From: Takakia lepidozioides
Lineage: Eukaryota; Plantae; Bryophyta
Direction: 5' to 3'
NCBI GenBank assembly: GCA_030704615.1
Contig: CM060733.1
Coordinates: 31,372,001 to 31,436,000 of the forward strand
Length of the DNA: 64,000 bases
The notes beneath the pieces are model-generated. The model saw nothing but the letters and a program-made list of their open reading frames with translations, made no database searches and was not told the origin of the DNA. Shown piece after piece: positions 50,535-64,000 of this stretch; position 1 is the first letter of the stretch, and every line of letters starts with the position of its first letter. The translations under genes and the position numbers were made by a program.

Positions 50535-51316
50535 GACCTACAGCTAGTGTATCATGGGGGTGTTTCCTATTTGTTTCCCTTTTGGCATTCATGTTAGCTA
50601 CCTTACCATTGATAATTAAGTATCAGTTTGCTTCATCAATCTATCGGATTCCATCAACTCATCCATTCATTCCACAGCTTCACTCAGATCTCTCTACACA
50701 GTGTGATTGTATCGTATAAGTATCAGATTATGATTTATCAAGTATCAGGCCGAAGCCATTGTGTCTCTAATCTGCTTTACAATATCACTACAGCTTTGCA
50801 TATAACAAGCATCTACTAATCATCTCTCCTCCTTCACCGTGCTCTCCATCTTTGCTTCCGTTCTTACTCTCCGCCCGATCCCCTCTCTTCCCTGACCCAG
50901 AAGTCCTTTCCGTGAAGTGCTTCCCAGAATCATGCCCCACAAAAAGCCCCCTTTATCTTCCTACCCGTGGCTCTAACCGTTTTCCCCACTAACCGTCGTC
51001 CGTGAACTAACATGTTCTATTTGCAGGTGTTGTTCCCCCACAGTCGTTCCCTGTCCTGCTCTCCATTCCCTATGATCGTGACAGCTGTGTCAAGCTGTGA
51101 CTGGCTGTGTGAAACTGTGACGGGCTGTGACTGGCTGTGCGACTATGTTTGGCTGTGTGGCTGTGTCGGCTGTGTCGGCTGTGACGGGCTGTGTAACCCC
51201 CCTCTACAGTGCGCAGCTGTCACTCCTAAGGCTCCTGTTGGTCTCAGTCTGTGCTAAAATTAAGGGTACCCTACAGATCCCGTATAAGTGTCTAAGTCCC
51301 TGGCAGTCCTCTAACA
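50427..51316 (-). repeat. 5' LTR of element A
   Basis: Reverse complement reads TGTTAGAGG...CGCGACA. Confidence 0.88.
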
Positions 51317-54300
51317 GTGTCCTGCTTATGGAACTCATAAGCATGGCTTGTTGAGGGTCATCATGGTGAGCTTGCTGCTGTTCTCCCTGATCCTCAACAG
51401 TGTGATGCCTCACGAACCACTCAGGCCATTGCCCCACCAGATTTTCTTCCTGAACCACTTCATCCGTCACCGGTGCTGCAGTGTCTTGACATTCTACCTG
51501 TGGTACCTCCGTCACAGGTGTGTGTATTATATGCACCGCAGGGTTTCCCTTGGAAGACCGTTGCACCTCCGGAATCATTGTTTCTCTGACCAGACCAGAA
51601 TATTCATAGAGAAGGTCCCCCTTCTCAATTTCTGCCACCACCTGTTCTGTAGTGGGAATATCTAACCCTTCTTTCTCCAAATCAATTATTTCTGGTGGAA
51701 CTGCATGGACAACTTGTGGTAACTCTGTGACAAGCCGATCATCTGGCTGTGATGGCTGTGATACTGAAGTAACTTCCTCTTCCCTCTCTGAAGGTCCTGC
51801 TTCCAATAATAGCAGTTCTCTGTGCTGCTGTGCCCCTTCCTGCACAAGAGCTTGGGAAACACTATCATGCGGTTTTCGTGAAGCCAGTGGATCCGCCACT
51901 ACAGTCTTTCCCCGCCTCTGTCTCTTAGTCTGGGGTTGCCTTGCCAGTCCACCCTCACTGTGTGAAGAGCCTTGCTCTTCCATTGCAGTGGTTTCAGTCT
52001 CAAACACTCCCATCTCTTTTCTTTCCCGAGCATCAAGTATGCAAGAATCAAGAATTATTTGAGCAATGATTGGGCTAGACACTATGATAGGAGACTTTGC
52101 GGTAGTGCCCTGTAATCTTTTCATCTCCTCTACCAGTGCGTTGTACATTATGTCCGTCCATGCTACCTCTTCTCCTCTCAGGGCTTTGAGTATTTCCTCT
52201 GTGAAGGATCTGCTCAAATACTGTTGGTTCTGTTTCATGGCAAACAGAACGTTCAATACCTGGCCTACCTCCCTTAGCCCTGGGTAGACGGGCTTGGTAC
52301 AAGCATAACCCTGAGTTTTAAAGAAACTCCCTTCTTGGAATAAGTCCCCTATTTGCAGTCTTGCCCTGTGCTCCTCCACATGCACCTGACCTGATGGCAA
52401 TTCAAACAATTGCTGTAGGTATAGGGGAGTAATTTCTAATTCAACTCCCTTCACCGTTGTTGCTCCTGTCCTAGGCTCAAAGTTCTGCAAGAATTGTAAC
52501 ATGTACTGTCTATGGTGCAATGTCCAATCTTTGCTTTCCTTCCAATCGCAGCTCCTTCAGTAACTGTACCGCCTGTGGAGTAGCAATCGTTTGTTTCTAC
52601 AGGATTGTGGTGCTCTTCACCCTGATTTCTTCCATTCCTCTCACTCTCTTCATTCTAGACCCACAGAAATGTTTTGGCTGTAACAATTGAAGAAATGCCT
52701 GCAGGGCACAAAGCATAAACGTATGGTTGCCACAAAAAGCTATGGGTAATTTCATGTAAGCCTGCGGGGCTTGCAAGCATCGATTAAGAGAAAAGATCTG
52801 CTCTGTTCTTCCGTGCCTATGCCACTACGTAAGTAATATTGCGAGCGTATAGTCTGTTAGTTCCTCCATAGCTTCAAAGCTATAGCATTGATGGTTTGTC
52901 CCGTCGAGACGCCCGTTACTTAGAACGACGCCGACTCTTGTGCTTAATTTCCCTCCAATTTCTTGATCCTTTTTCTGGCTTTTGATTGGCTGTAACCGCT
53001 GTGACTGGATTTTAGATTTAATTTTCTTTAGTGGACTTTCCCTGCTGGACTGTCCACTAGGATAACACATGTGACAAGAATTTCGCTTTTCTGTACTTGT
53101 CGTTTGTTCCGTTGCCCTTTTTCCGTATTCATTAATGGGCCCGCCATTCATCCGAATTGACGCGCTAAGTAGGTACTTTGACGGCCATTCTTGTCCTCTT
53201 TCTTGATGACACCTGTTCTTGCACTTCCTTCTCAGCGGTGTGTCGCGCCCTGACTTCCACATGTCCCTTTCTAAACTGGCTTCCGTCCTTTCTTCCGTCG
53301 GCCATTTCCCTGAAGTTATCCTGCGTCCACCTGTCACTAATTCTATGGATTGTGTAACCCTAGTAGGCTGTGTTGAGCTGTGACAGGGTGTGTCATACTG
53401 TGGTACGCTGTGATAGGTTGTGTTGCACTGTGGTAAGCTGTGATAGGCTGTGACACGCGGTGGTAGGTTGTGATAGGCTGTATTGCGCCGTGCTATGCTG
53501 TGATAGGATGTGTTGCACCGTGATGGGCTGTGATAGGCTGTATCACGCCGTGATGGGCTGTGATAGGTTGTGTCGCGCTGTGATGGGCTGTGATAGGCGA
53601 TGTCGCGCCTTGATGGGCTGTGATAGGCGGTGTCACGCCATGATGGGCTGTGATAGGCTATGTTGCGCTTGTTCTGCCCGCCCTGGTCATATATGCTCGG
53701 CCTAGCGACAAGTGCTCCATACTCCGTTGGGATCACTGGCGTAGCCCGTGACTGCTTTTGCGTTTCAACATGCAAATCATGCTGCAATGGTTTGTCATGG
53801 ATACCACTGTACCCCTTCAACTTATTGGCATTGACTCTTCCCAGCATCTCTTTGTTAATGGTTTGTAATATGGCGGTGTTGTTATCATACATCTTCTGTA
53901 TGACATAAGGTCCTTTCCATGGTGATTTAAGCTTAGAAGCTTTAATCTTTCCCTTCTTCTGCAACCAGAGAACCAAATCTTCCGTCTTAAAAGTCTTTAT
54001 CTTGCCTTCATCAAACTGTTCCTTTCTCTTCATCTGAATTCTGGTCATATTATCAGCTACATTAGCACGTACTTCTTCCACATGGTATAATTCATGTTTC
54101 CTGACCTTAATTGAATCTTGCAATTCCATTCTTTTTCCCCATTCCGTTCTCATGGTAGGTAACAGGAATTCCACTGGAAGTAAAGCTTCCATACCATAAA
54201 CTAATTGGAATGGTGTATACTTAGTGGTGACTTTATATGAAGTCCTGTATGACCACAAAGCTGTCAGCAGCTTTGTATCCCAATCCGTTCTGTTTGCATT

Positions 54301-54355
54301 GACTATCTTAGCCAAGATAGTACATAGTATTTTGTTGGTAGCCTCTGCCTATCCA
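51317..54355 (-). mobile_element. Element B fragment: INT C-terminus plus post-pol extra ORF, interrupted on both sides by same-family insertions
   Basis: ORF 52825-54315 (ALWSYRTSYK, PFQLVYG, WKGPY) and ORF 51204-52520. Confidence 0.88.
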
Positions 54356-55787
54356 TGTTGGAGGACTGTCTGGGACTTAGACACTTTTACGGGATCTGTG
54401 GGGGACCCTTAATTTTTGCACAGACTGAGACCAACAGGAGCCTTAGGGGTGACAGCAGTGCACTTTAAGGGGGGTTACACAGCTCATCACAGTCCGACAC
54501 AGCCCGTCACAGTCCGACACAGCCGACATAGCCAACACAGCCCGTCACAATCCGACACAGCTTGTCACAGCCAACACAGCCCGTCACAGTCCGACACAGC
54601 CGACACAGCCAGTCACAGCTCGACACAGCTGACACAGTCCAACACAGTCGCACAGCCAGTAAAAGCTTGACACAGCTGTCATGACCATAGGGAATGGATA
54701 GCAGGACAGGGAGCGACTGTGGGGAACAACATCTGCGAATGGAACATGTTAGTTCACGGGTGACGGTTAGTGAGGGAAACGGTTAAAACAACGGGTAGGA
54801 AGATAAAGCGAGGAGCGAGGACTGGAAAGGGATCACTTCTTGGGGGAATCACTGCTGGAAGGAGGGCGGAAGCACTTCTTGGGGGGACTTTGGACATCAC
54901 TGGAGGAAATGAGACAGAGAGCGTAGCTCTGAGCAGAAAGAGGGAGAGCACGGAGTAGGAGGAGGACGATCTGTTGATGCTTAATGAATGCAGGCAATAG
55001 AATTGTAATGTTGAGTAGATTAGAGACTCCATGGCTTCAGCCTGATACTTGATAGATATTAATCTGATACACACTTCATACTCACACTGTGTAGAGAGAT
55101 CTGAGTGAAGTTGTGGAATGAATTGATGAGTTGATTGAATCCGATCGATTGCTGAAGCAAACTGATACTTAAATACCAACAGTAAGGTAACTAGCTAACA
55201 TGAATGCGGGAAGGAAAACAAATAGGGAACACCCCCATGATACACTAGCTGTAGGTCATGACTGATTGTTCTGAGCGGGCTGAGTACTTAGAGATTTCCA
55301 ACTCTTCTATCTTGGAGTTTCCGCCTCGGATAGCGAAGGGATGGGTGAGTAAAAGCCGCGCGACATTTGGCGACCATACTGGGGAACTGGGTCATGAACA
55401 ACCAGATGTGACAGGCATCTGGTGGGATCATGGTGGTTGGAGAATTAAAGAATTGATGTGAATCAAATTCCTTGTGAAACTGAGAAGGAAAGATTGTCCA
55501 AACGATTCTTCCAGAGGTTTTTGGAATTGCCAGACGGTTGTAAAGAAAACATTCTTAAGAGAGTGCATGATGCTGACCCTGAGTGGGGTCTGGAGAAAGG
55601 AGTGATAAAGATTTATCAGGTGGCCTATAGAGGAAGAGCACGTTGGTTACCAACATTGGTATATGTGATAGCATTGCTATCCATTAAGCGAGTAGAGTTT
55701 GAAGGCTGGGAGGAAAGAAAAGTGAATGTTTATACTCATATGCATGAAGAGCTTGTACTAGTAAAGAATTGGATTCCAAAGGATAGT
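54356..55787 (+). mobile_element. Element C 5' end: LTR 54356-55365, PBS 55368-55385, ORF0 interrupted by element D
   Basis: TGTTGGAGG...CGCGACA, then tt, then TGGCGACCA. Confidence 0.88.
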
Positions 55788-58700
55788 TGTTAGAGGACTG
55801 CCGGGGACTTAGACACTTTTACAGGATCTGAGGAGTACCCTTAATTTTTGCACAGAATGAGACCAACAGGAGCCTTAGGGGTGATAGCAGTGCACTATAG
55901 AGGGGGGTTACACAGCCAGTCACAGCCAACACAGCCCGTCACAGTCGTCACAGCCAACACAGCCAATCACATCCAACACAGCCCCGTCACAGTCGTCACA
56001 GCCAACACAGCCCATCACAGCCAACACAGCCCGTCACAGCCGACACAGCCACACAGCCAGTCACAGCCCGACACAGCCCAACACAGTCGCACAGCCAGTC
56101 ACAGCCCGTCACAGCCAGTCACAGCTTGACACAGCTGTCACGACCATAGGGAACGGATAGCAGGACAGGGAACGACTGTGGGGAACAACATCTGCTAATG
56201 GAACATGACGGTTAGTGAGGAAAACGGTTAGAACAACTGGTAGGAAAATAAAGCGAGGAGCGAGGACGGGATGGGGATCACTTCTGGAGATCACGGCTGG
56301 GAATCGGTTCTGGACATGGATTGTGGAGATCACTTCTTGACATGACTTCGGGAGGGGACTTCGGACATCACGGAGGGAAATGTTCTTCCATTAAGCATCA
56401 CAGATCATCCTCCTTCTGCTCCGTGCTCTCCCTCTTTCTGCTCATAGATACGCTCTCTGCCACAGTAGAATTATAATGTAGAGCAGATTAGAGACTCCAG
56501 GGCTTTAGCCTGATACTTGATAGATATTAATCTGATACATACTTCATACTCACACTGTGTAGAGAGATCTGAATGAAGCTGTGGAATGAATGGATGAGTT
56601 GATGGAATCCGATAGATTGATGAAGCAAACTGATACTTAATTATCAATAGTAAGGTAGCTAGCTAACATGAATGCGGAAAGGAAAACAAATAGGAAACAC
56701 CCCCATGATACACTAGCTGTAGGTCATGACTAATTGTTCTGCGCGGGCTGAGTACTTAGAGATTTCCAACTCTTCTATCTTGGAGTTTCCACCTCGGATA
56801 GCGAAGGGATGGGTGAGTAAAAGCCGAGCGACATTTGGCGACCATACTGGGGAACTGGGTCATGAACAACCATATGTGACAGGCATCTGGTGGGATCATG
56901 GTGGATGGAGAATTAAAGAATTTGATGTGAATCAAATTCTTTGTGAAACTGAGAAGGAAAGATTGTCCAAACGATTCTTCCAGAGGTATTTGGAATTGCC
57001 AGACGGTTGTAAAGAAAACATTCTTAAGAGAGTGCATGATGCTGACCCTGAGTGGGGTCTGGAGAAAGGAGTGATAAAGATTTATCAGGTGGCCTGTAGA
57101 GGAAGAGCACGTTGGTTACCAACATTGGTTATGTGATAGCATTGCTATCCATTAAGCGAGTAGAGTTTGAAGGCTGGGAGGAAAGAAAAGTGAATGTTTA
57201 TACTCATATGCATGAAGAGCTTGTACTGGTAAAGAATTGGATTCCAAAGGATATTTTGTGGATCAAACTCACACCAAGAACAGCTTTCCAGACTTGTTTG
57301 CCATATGGTTATATGGTAACGGAGACTTCAAGTATAGCCAAGGGTGCATTGAAGCTTGAAAGAAACCCAGGCATATACGAGAGATATTACAGAAGAGAGT
57401 TTTGGTTATTGCCACATTAAAAAGAAATGAAAGACATGGGACATGAGTGATGAAAGAGAAGCTAGACGCCAGAGATATTCAGCAAAAAGAGAAAGCTATC
57501 TGAAAGCTAATTATCCATATCTTTGGGAGAGAGGAATAGACATAGGGGAATCATCTGGACCTCTCACACCATTAAGATCAAAGAGTACATCACCCATACC
57601 AGAAGAACTAGAGTTGGATGCCACTCCTTCTGTTTCTTTGCAAGAAAGATTAAGGAATTGGTACGGGAAGAAGATCAATCACGAGGTGAAAGATCTGAGG
57701 TACATCCCTGGATAAAAGATTTGACAGAAATTTTTTGATAAGAGTTGGCATGGAACACCAAAAGCAGGAACTCCAGTTTCTGAAGCAGAAGGTGAAGAAG
57801 GAGGAGAGGATGTGGCAGAGCCAACGGAGAGTTCAGACTCTCCAACACCATTGCAGTTGAGTTACATGAGTGAAGAAGAAACCCAAGGGCAGAACTTGGA
57901 GGATGAAAACAGAGAGAAGAAATTGGAAGAGGAAGAATATGAAGAAGTAGACCCAACAGCTGAGGTTGAGACTACAACCAGGACATCCCAACCCGTTGGA
58001 CCTGGATCAAGTGGAGCACTTGGATCACAGGCCAACGAAGGTGTCGGCTCAGGGGGATCAGGCGGGCTGCCTGGATCTGGCTCTGGGGGACAGGGAGTGT
58101 GGGAAGTAGTGCAACTGAAGCTGGGAATACTGTGAATATCGTGGGGCCGGAAGCAGGGAGTGCTCAAGGGCCACCACTTGGTGGAAGATCCACCACAAAA
58201 ACAACAGGTCCAGAAGGACCAGCACCAGCAAGGGTGCCAGCACCTGTCAGTGGGCAGAAGGTAGGGCCACAGATGGCGTTACAACCAACACGGGCAAAAC
58301 CACCTTTTCCAATATATTCAGGAAAAGGGGATCCCGATGTACACATTAGCCAATTTGAGCACATGTGTATAGTGAACAATGAGAATGGCGATGATGCCAA
58401 GATGAGATTGTTTCCTTGTTCACTTATCAAGAAAGCAAGTGAATGGTATGCAAGATTCCCTGATAATCATTTCCTAACCTGGAATGGCTTGAATACAACA
58501 TTCCGAAATAGGTTCAGGACAAGTAAAACTGAGGATGAAGTGTATGGAAGTTTACAACAGTTAAAGCAAAAGAAGCATGAAACTGTTGAGGAGTATATGG
58601 AAAAGATGGAATTGATGATGAAAAAGCTGGCTGCAGTACCAGCACCCGGTTTACAGAAGACTTGGTTTGTGAGTGGACTAAGACCAGAGTTGCAAAAGAA

Positions 58701-61700
58701 AGTGGATATGTTACCCCATAATACAGTGGAGAAGGCATTTGAAACTGCAAACAGAATTGAGCAATTGGGAATGCTCAGGAGAGAAAAGGGATGATGAGGA
58801 CCCTGAGGATGAGTCAGATGAAGAAGAAGAGCAAGAACTAAAAAGGAAGAGTAAGAGAAAGGAGAAGTTGAAGAGGGATAACTATGAGAAAAGATTGGAA
58901 GAAATCTTGAAGAAGTATGCCACAGAGGCTGCAACACATTGGAGGAAGGGTGTATGGTGTGCAAAGTGCCAGAATGAAGGCCATACCACCACAGAATGCC
59001 ACATGAAGGAGAAACACTGTACTATCTGTAAAATGGATAACCATTCTACTGAGAATTGTTACTACAACAGAAGGACAGCTGCAAGAGAACCTAGGCAAGT
59101 AAGGGTGCATCAGGTGCAGCCCCAGCCAAGAAGAAACAATGATCAGGACCACTATGGTAGGTCTGGTGGTTATAACAATGGCATGGAAGGAGAGGTAATT
59201 CAACAGGGAATTACCAAGGAAATTCCAGAGGCAACTATCAGGGTAATCCAAGGGGGAATTACCAGCCCGGGAATCAGGATTACAGAAATAATCCAAGAGC
59301 AGACCAAGGGCAAGGACCCAATGGTGAAGAACTATGTTACTATTGTAATCAGCCAGGACATCGCAAGGCAGCCTGTTCATTCTGGATAAGACACCAGAAT
59401 GAGATGAGAGCTCCTGTGAATGAGGGCCCAGTGGTGGCAGCTCACATGGTTAGGCCATGTGTTGTACCAGAAGTAAGTACAATGATAGTAACCAGAAGTA
59501 AAGCCAAAATAATACCTCCAGTAGAAGAGGAAGAAGATGAGACTGGAAGTGGCAATGATATGCCTGAAGATGAAGAGACTTGGAAAGATGAGAAGGAACT
59601 GCACAAGGAAGTGGCAGATACTATAAGGGAAATGCAAAAGAGTACTGAAGGTGGTAGTGATATACCTGAAGATGATGAGGCTTGCAGAGAGGAGAAGGAA
59701 CTACACAAGGAAGTGGCAGATACCATAAGGGAAATGCAGAAGAGTACATATATTCCTGTGGCAGATTCCTCTTATTCTGATGGAGAAGAAGAAGTGAGTG
59801 AGGAGGAAAAGAAGAAAGAAGATGCAGACATGCAAAGTAATGAAGAGACTTTGGCTGAAGTAATATGCCAGACCAAAGCAGAAATTACCATTGGACAGCT
59901 ATTGGCTGTGGCACCTTATTGTAGGCACAGGCTGTATCAAGCAATCAATCGAATTGCCCAGGAGACAGGAAACACAGACCTGAACAGCAAGGTGACCAGT
60001 TATAATGTGAAGCCGGAAGGGCGAGAAACAGTCATGGACTTTGATGATTCTATGCCAGTAATCCAATTGAGAATTGGAAGCACAGAACTAACTAATGTAC
60101 TGATAGATGGAGGTTCTAGAGTAAATATCATGACAGACCAATTGAGAAAGAAGCTTGGTCTAAGTAACATGAAACCAGCCCCATTTACAGTAACAATGGC
60201 AGATCAAAGAAGTGTAGAGCCATTGGGATTAATAAGAAGAGTTAAGATACAGATACAGAAGATGATCTTTATGATCACAGTAACTGTGTTGAAGATGGAT
60301 GAAGTCATGGAGGCTTACTCCTTATTATTGGGACGTCCGTGGCTGAAACAGGCCAGGGTATTCCATGACTGGAATTCTCAGTTACTAACCGTGCATAATG
60401 GGATACACGAGATACAAATTACCACAAAGAAATCTAGTAGATTACCTGCTACAAGAAGACCTCGAGGAGTCAGAGAGTATGACTGGAGAGAAGGACTGGA
60501 TGAGGAGCAGGAAGCTACCCTGTTTGCTGCACACCTAGAGTGGGAGCAAGTTGCAGAGATGCGGCTGGAAAGCCTAAGTTGTTTAAGAGGTATCTATTGT
60601 GGTGTAGTGATAGCAACACCAACTGAAGAGGAAACCAGCAGTTACCCATCACATTTCTATGAAGAAGGAGAAGGAGAAATGGAAATCCTAAGAGGAACCA
60701 GCCACTGTGAGCTTACAGGATGAAGTGGTGACTGGTTGGACAATCACAGCTGATGAGCAGGTGAGGGAAGTGAATGTGGGAACTAAAGAGGAACCGAGGA
60801 TGGTGAAAGTAGGAGCTGATTTGGAGCCAGAATTCTTTGAAGAAGCTAAGAGCTTGTTCATCAAATACAGAGATGTATTTGCTTGGAGCTATGAGGATCT
60901 AAAAGGGATACCACCTGAAGTCTGTCAGCATAAGATTGAACTGGAACCAGGGTCAGTACCAATCAAGCAGGCGAGGTACAGAATGAATCCCAACTACGCA
61001 CAGAAGGTTAGAGAAGAGATCAAGAAGTTGGCTGAGGCTAAGTTTATATACCCAATAGAGTATACAACTTGGTTGTCACCCATTGTTATAGTTCCCAAGA
61101 AGAATGGTAAACTAAGAGTATGTGTGAACTACAAGAAGCTGAATGCTTGTACGAAGAAAGATCCTCTTCCTTTGCCATTCACAGAAGCAATATTGGACAC
61201 TGTGGCAGGCCATGAGATGTACTCATTCATGGATGGCTTCAGTGGATATAATCAAGTGCAAGTGGCAGAAGGAGACCAAGGAAAAACAGCTTTCATCACA
61301 GACTGGGGTGCTTATGCATACAAATTCATGCCCTTTGGACTTTGTAATGCACCAGCGACCTTTCAGAGAGTGATAAGTGAATCTTTTCATGAGTATCTGG
61401 ATGATTTCATGCAGGTGTTCTTGGATGATTTCAGTGTGTACAGCTCTAAGAATGAGCACTTGCATAAATTGGAGTTATGCTTGGCCAGATGCAGGATGAG
61501 AGGTCTGGGCCTGAATCCAGAGAAGTGTACTTTCTGTGTGAACTCAGGGGTGCTTCTGGGACACATTGTGTGTAAGAGGGGACTTCTTGTGGATCCCAGG
61601 AAAACAGAGGCCATTAAAGCCTCTCCACCACCAGTGAATGTTAAGAGTCTAAGGAGATTCCTTGGGCAGACCAGTTATTACAGAAGATTTGTCAAAAGGT

Positions 61701-64000
61701 ATGCACAAATAGCAGCACCATTGAGCAAGCTTCTGAAGAAAGATGCAGTGTTTGCCTAGACAGCTGAATGTCAACAGGCGTTTGAGGAACTTACACTGTC
61801 AGTAACAACTACACATGTGCTGATTAACCCTCACTGGCATGTAGTATTTCATGTTCACTGTGATGCGTCAGGAGAAGCGTTGGGAGCGGTGTTAGCCCAG
61901 AATGTTACAGGAAATATTGATTCACCTGTGTACTATGCTAGCAGGTTGATGAACAGTGCTGAAAGGAACTATAGCACAACTGAAAGAGAAGCATTGACAA
62001 TGATTTATGCAGTCAAGAAATTCAGGCATTACCTATTGGGAAGAAAGTTTATGTTTTATGTGGATCACCAGGCTCTGATATATCTAGTGAACAAACCTTT
62101 GATAAGTGGAAGGATAGCGAGGTGGTTAATAATCCTGCATGAGTTTGAGTTCAAAGTTATTTACAAGCCTGACCGTTTGCATCTTGTGGCAGATCATTTA
62201 TCACGACTAACAACAGGAGAGGCCGCCACAGGAGTGGACGATCAGTTACCTGATGCGAGTTTATTTGTAATGGAGGTGCAAGGAAGTGCAGATGAATGGT
62301 TAGATTGGCAGTGGCCAATCAGATACTACCTTACTCATGGTCAATGCCCACCTAGTTATGGTAAGGAGCAGAGGAAGAGAATCGCTATCAAAGCTCTACT
62401 TACACTATGGTAGGGAGCAGAATGTATAAGCTAGTACCTGATGGAGTACTAAAACGATGCTTGTACCACCATGAAGTAAATAAAGTTTTGGAGGAAGTTC
62501 ATAAAGGAGTGGCTGGAGGTCATTTTGGAGAAGAGACTACCAGTAGAAAGATACTACTCGCAGGTTACTGGTGGCCTACTTTGTTCAAAGATGTACACAA
62601 GTATTGTCAGAGTTGTGATGAATGTCAGAGGCTGGGACCTTTGCAGAGATCTGGGAAAATGTCTTTGCATCCTACAATGCCTACGGAACCATTTCAGAAA
62701 TGGGGACTAGACTTTGTTGGACCAATTAACCCACCAGCCAAGAATACACAGAACAGGTACATAATTACAGCCACAGATTATACTACGAAGTGGGTGGAAG
62801 CTAAAGCTTTGAGGGACAACACAGCCAAGTCCACAACAAGGTTTCTGTATGAGAACATACTTACACGATTTGGCTGTCCCTTGGAATTTATCAGTGATCA
62901 AGGAAGTCACTTCATTAATGAGACCATTGAATTGTTGACTAAAGAGTTCATGATTGTGCATAGGAAGAGTACAACATATTACCCACATGGTAATGGACAG
63001 GCGGAGGCTACCAACAGACACATAGGAAACATGAATTATACCATGTAGAAGAAGTACGTACAGATACAGCTGATAATATGACCAGAATTCAGATGAAGAG
63101 AAAGGAACAGTTTGATGAAGGCAAGTTAAAGACTTTTAAGACGGGGGAATTGGTTCTATGGTTGCAGAAGAAAGGAAAGATTAAAGCTTCTAAGCTTAAA
63201 TCACCATGGAAAGGACCTTATGTCATACAAAAGATGTATGATAACAACACCGCCATGTTACAAACCATTAACAAAGAGATGCTGGGAAGAGTCAATGCAA
63301 ATAAGTTGAAGGGGTACACTGGTATCCATGACAAACCAGTGCAGCATGATTTGCATGTTGAAACGCAAAAGAAGTCACGGGCTGCACCCGTGATACCAAC
63401 GGAGTATGGAACACTTGACGCTAGGCCGAGCATATATGATCTGGGCGGGCAGAACAAGCAAGAAACAGCCTGTCACAGCCCATCACGACGGGACACAGCC
63501 CATCACGACGTGACACAGGCTATCACAGCCCATCACGACGTGACACAGCATATCACAGCCCAGCACGGAGCAAATACAGCCTATCACAACCTACCACAGC
63601 GTGTCACAGCCTATCACAGCTTACCACAGTGCATCACAGCCTATCACAGCGTACCACCGTATGACACAGCCTGTCACAGCTCAACACAGCCTACTAGGGT
63701 TACACAATCCATAGAATCAGTGACAGGTGGACACAGGATAACTTCAGGGAAATGGCCGGCGAAAGAAAGGACGGAAGCCAGTTTAAAAATGGACACGTGG
63801 AAGTCAGGGCGCGACACACAGCTGAGAAGGAAGTGCAAGAGCAGGTGTCATAAAGAAAGAGGACAAGAATGGCCGTCAAAATACCTAATCAGCGCGTCAA
63901 ATTGGATGAATGGCGGGCCCATTAATGAATACGGAAAAAGGGGAACGGAATAAACGGCAAGTACAGAAAAGTGAAATTCTTGTCACATGTGTGATCCTAG
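55788..64000 (+). mobile_element. Element D: LTR 55788-56833, PBS, ORF0, gag, PR, RT, RH, INT (runs off the window), degenerate
   Basis: RT 60707-61759 (MDGFSGYNQ, MPFGLCNAPATFQR, FLDDF); RH 61817-62413; INT 62407-63048 with H-H-C-C zinc finger and an internal deletion at ~63016; TGG>TAG stop at 61757. Confidence 0.93.
63465..63695 (+). repeat. 10-bp-period cacagc(c/t)(y)at minisatellite in the INT tail (also 43437-43690, 53365-53665; related arrays in each LTR)
   Basis: Repeating cacagcctat/cacagcccat; translates as TAYHS/TAHHD-type repeats. Confidence 0.85.

Larger units (their letters stand above)
42048..51316 (-). mobile_element. Ty3/gypsy element A (5' LTR, ORF0, gag, PR, RT, RH, INT, start of extra ORF; cut by the gap)
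   Basis: Gag with CCHC knuckles (47913-49368); protease LIDGGSG (47142-47699); RT PKKNGKLRVCVNY; RH HCDASG; INT WGLDFSGPI, TDYTTKWVEA. Many indels. Confidence 0.92.

Overview
Eukaryotic (land-plant, most likely moss) nuclear DNA, repeat-rich, with one 500-N assembly gap (41548-42047). (1) 1-14.4 kb: the 3' end of a bacterial-type squalene-hopene cyclase (SHC) gene and a near-identical inverted, truncated copy. Between them lies a 7.8-kb nuclear mitochondrial insertion (NUMT) of ~3.4 head-to-tail 2.27-kb units (3' part of group II intron nad9i283 with maturase domain X, nad9 exon 2, 5' atp1). The NUMT is unedited and needs dense C-to-U editing, which points to a heavily editing moss such as Takakia (inference). 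(2) 14.4-21.7 kb: decayed Ty3/gypsy pol with an unusually long RNaseH-integrase spacer. (3) 21.7-31.4 kb: the best candidate for a new system. It is a decayed, spliced minus-strand locus encoding a ParB-like domain, a degenerate beta-class N6/N4 DNA-methyltransferase-like fold and three FCP1/NIF phosphatase-like domains. It is preceded by a small ORF with Pol II CTD-like Y-x-P-x-x-S-P repeats and carries 9 copies of one ~24-32 bp palindrome. (4) 32-37 kb and 42-64 kb: five pieces of one Ty3/gypsy family with ~0.9-1.05 kb LTRs, a tRNA-Arg-like PBS, an extra ORF before gag and a long extra ORF after pol; four of them are nested in each other. (5) 38.6-41.5 kb: CACTA transposase remnant and a RING-H2 fragment. 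All domain calls are by eye from motifs; no database search was run.
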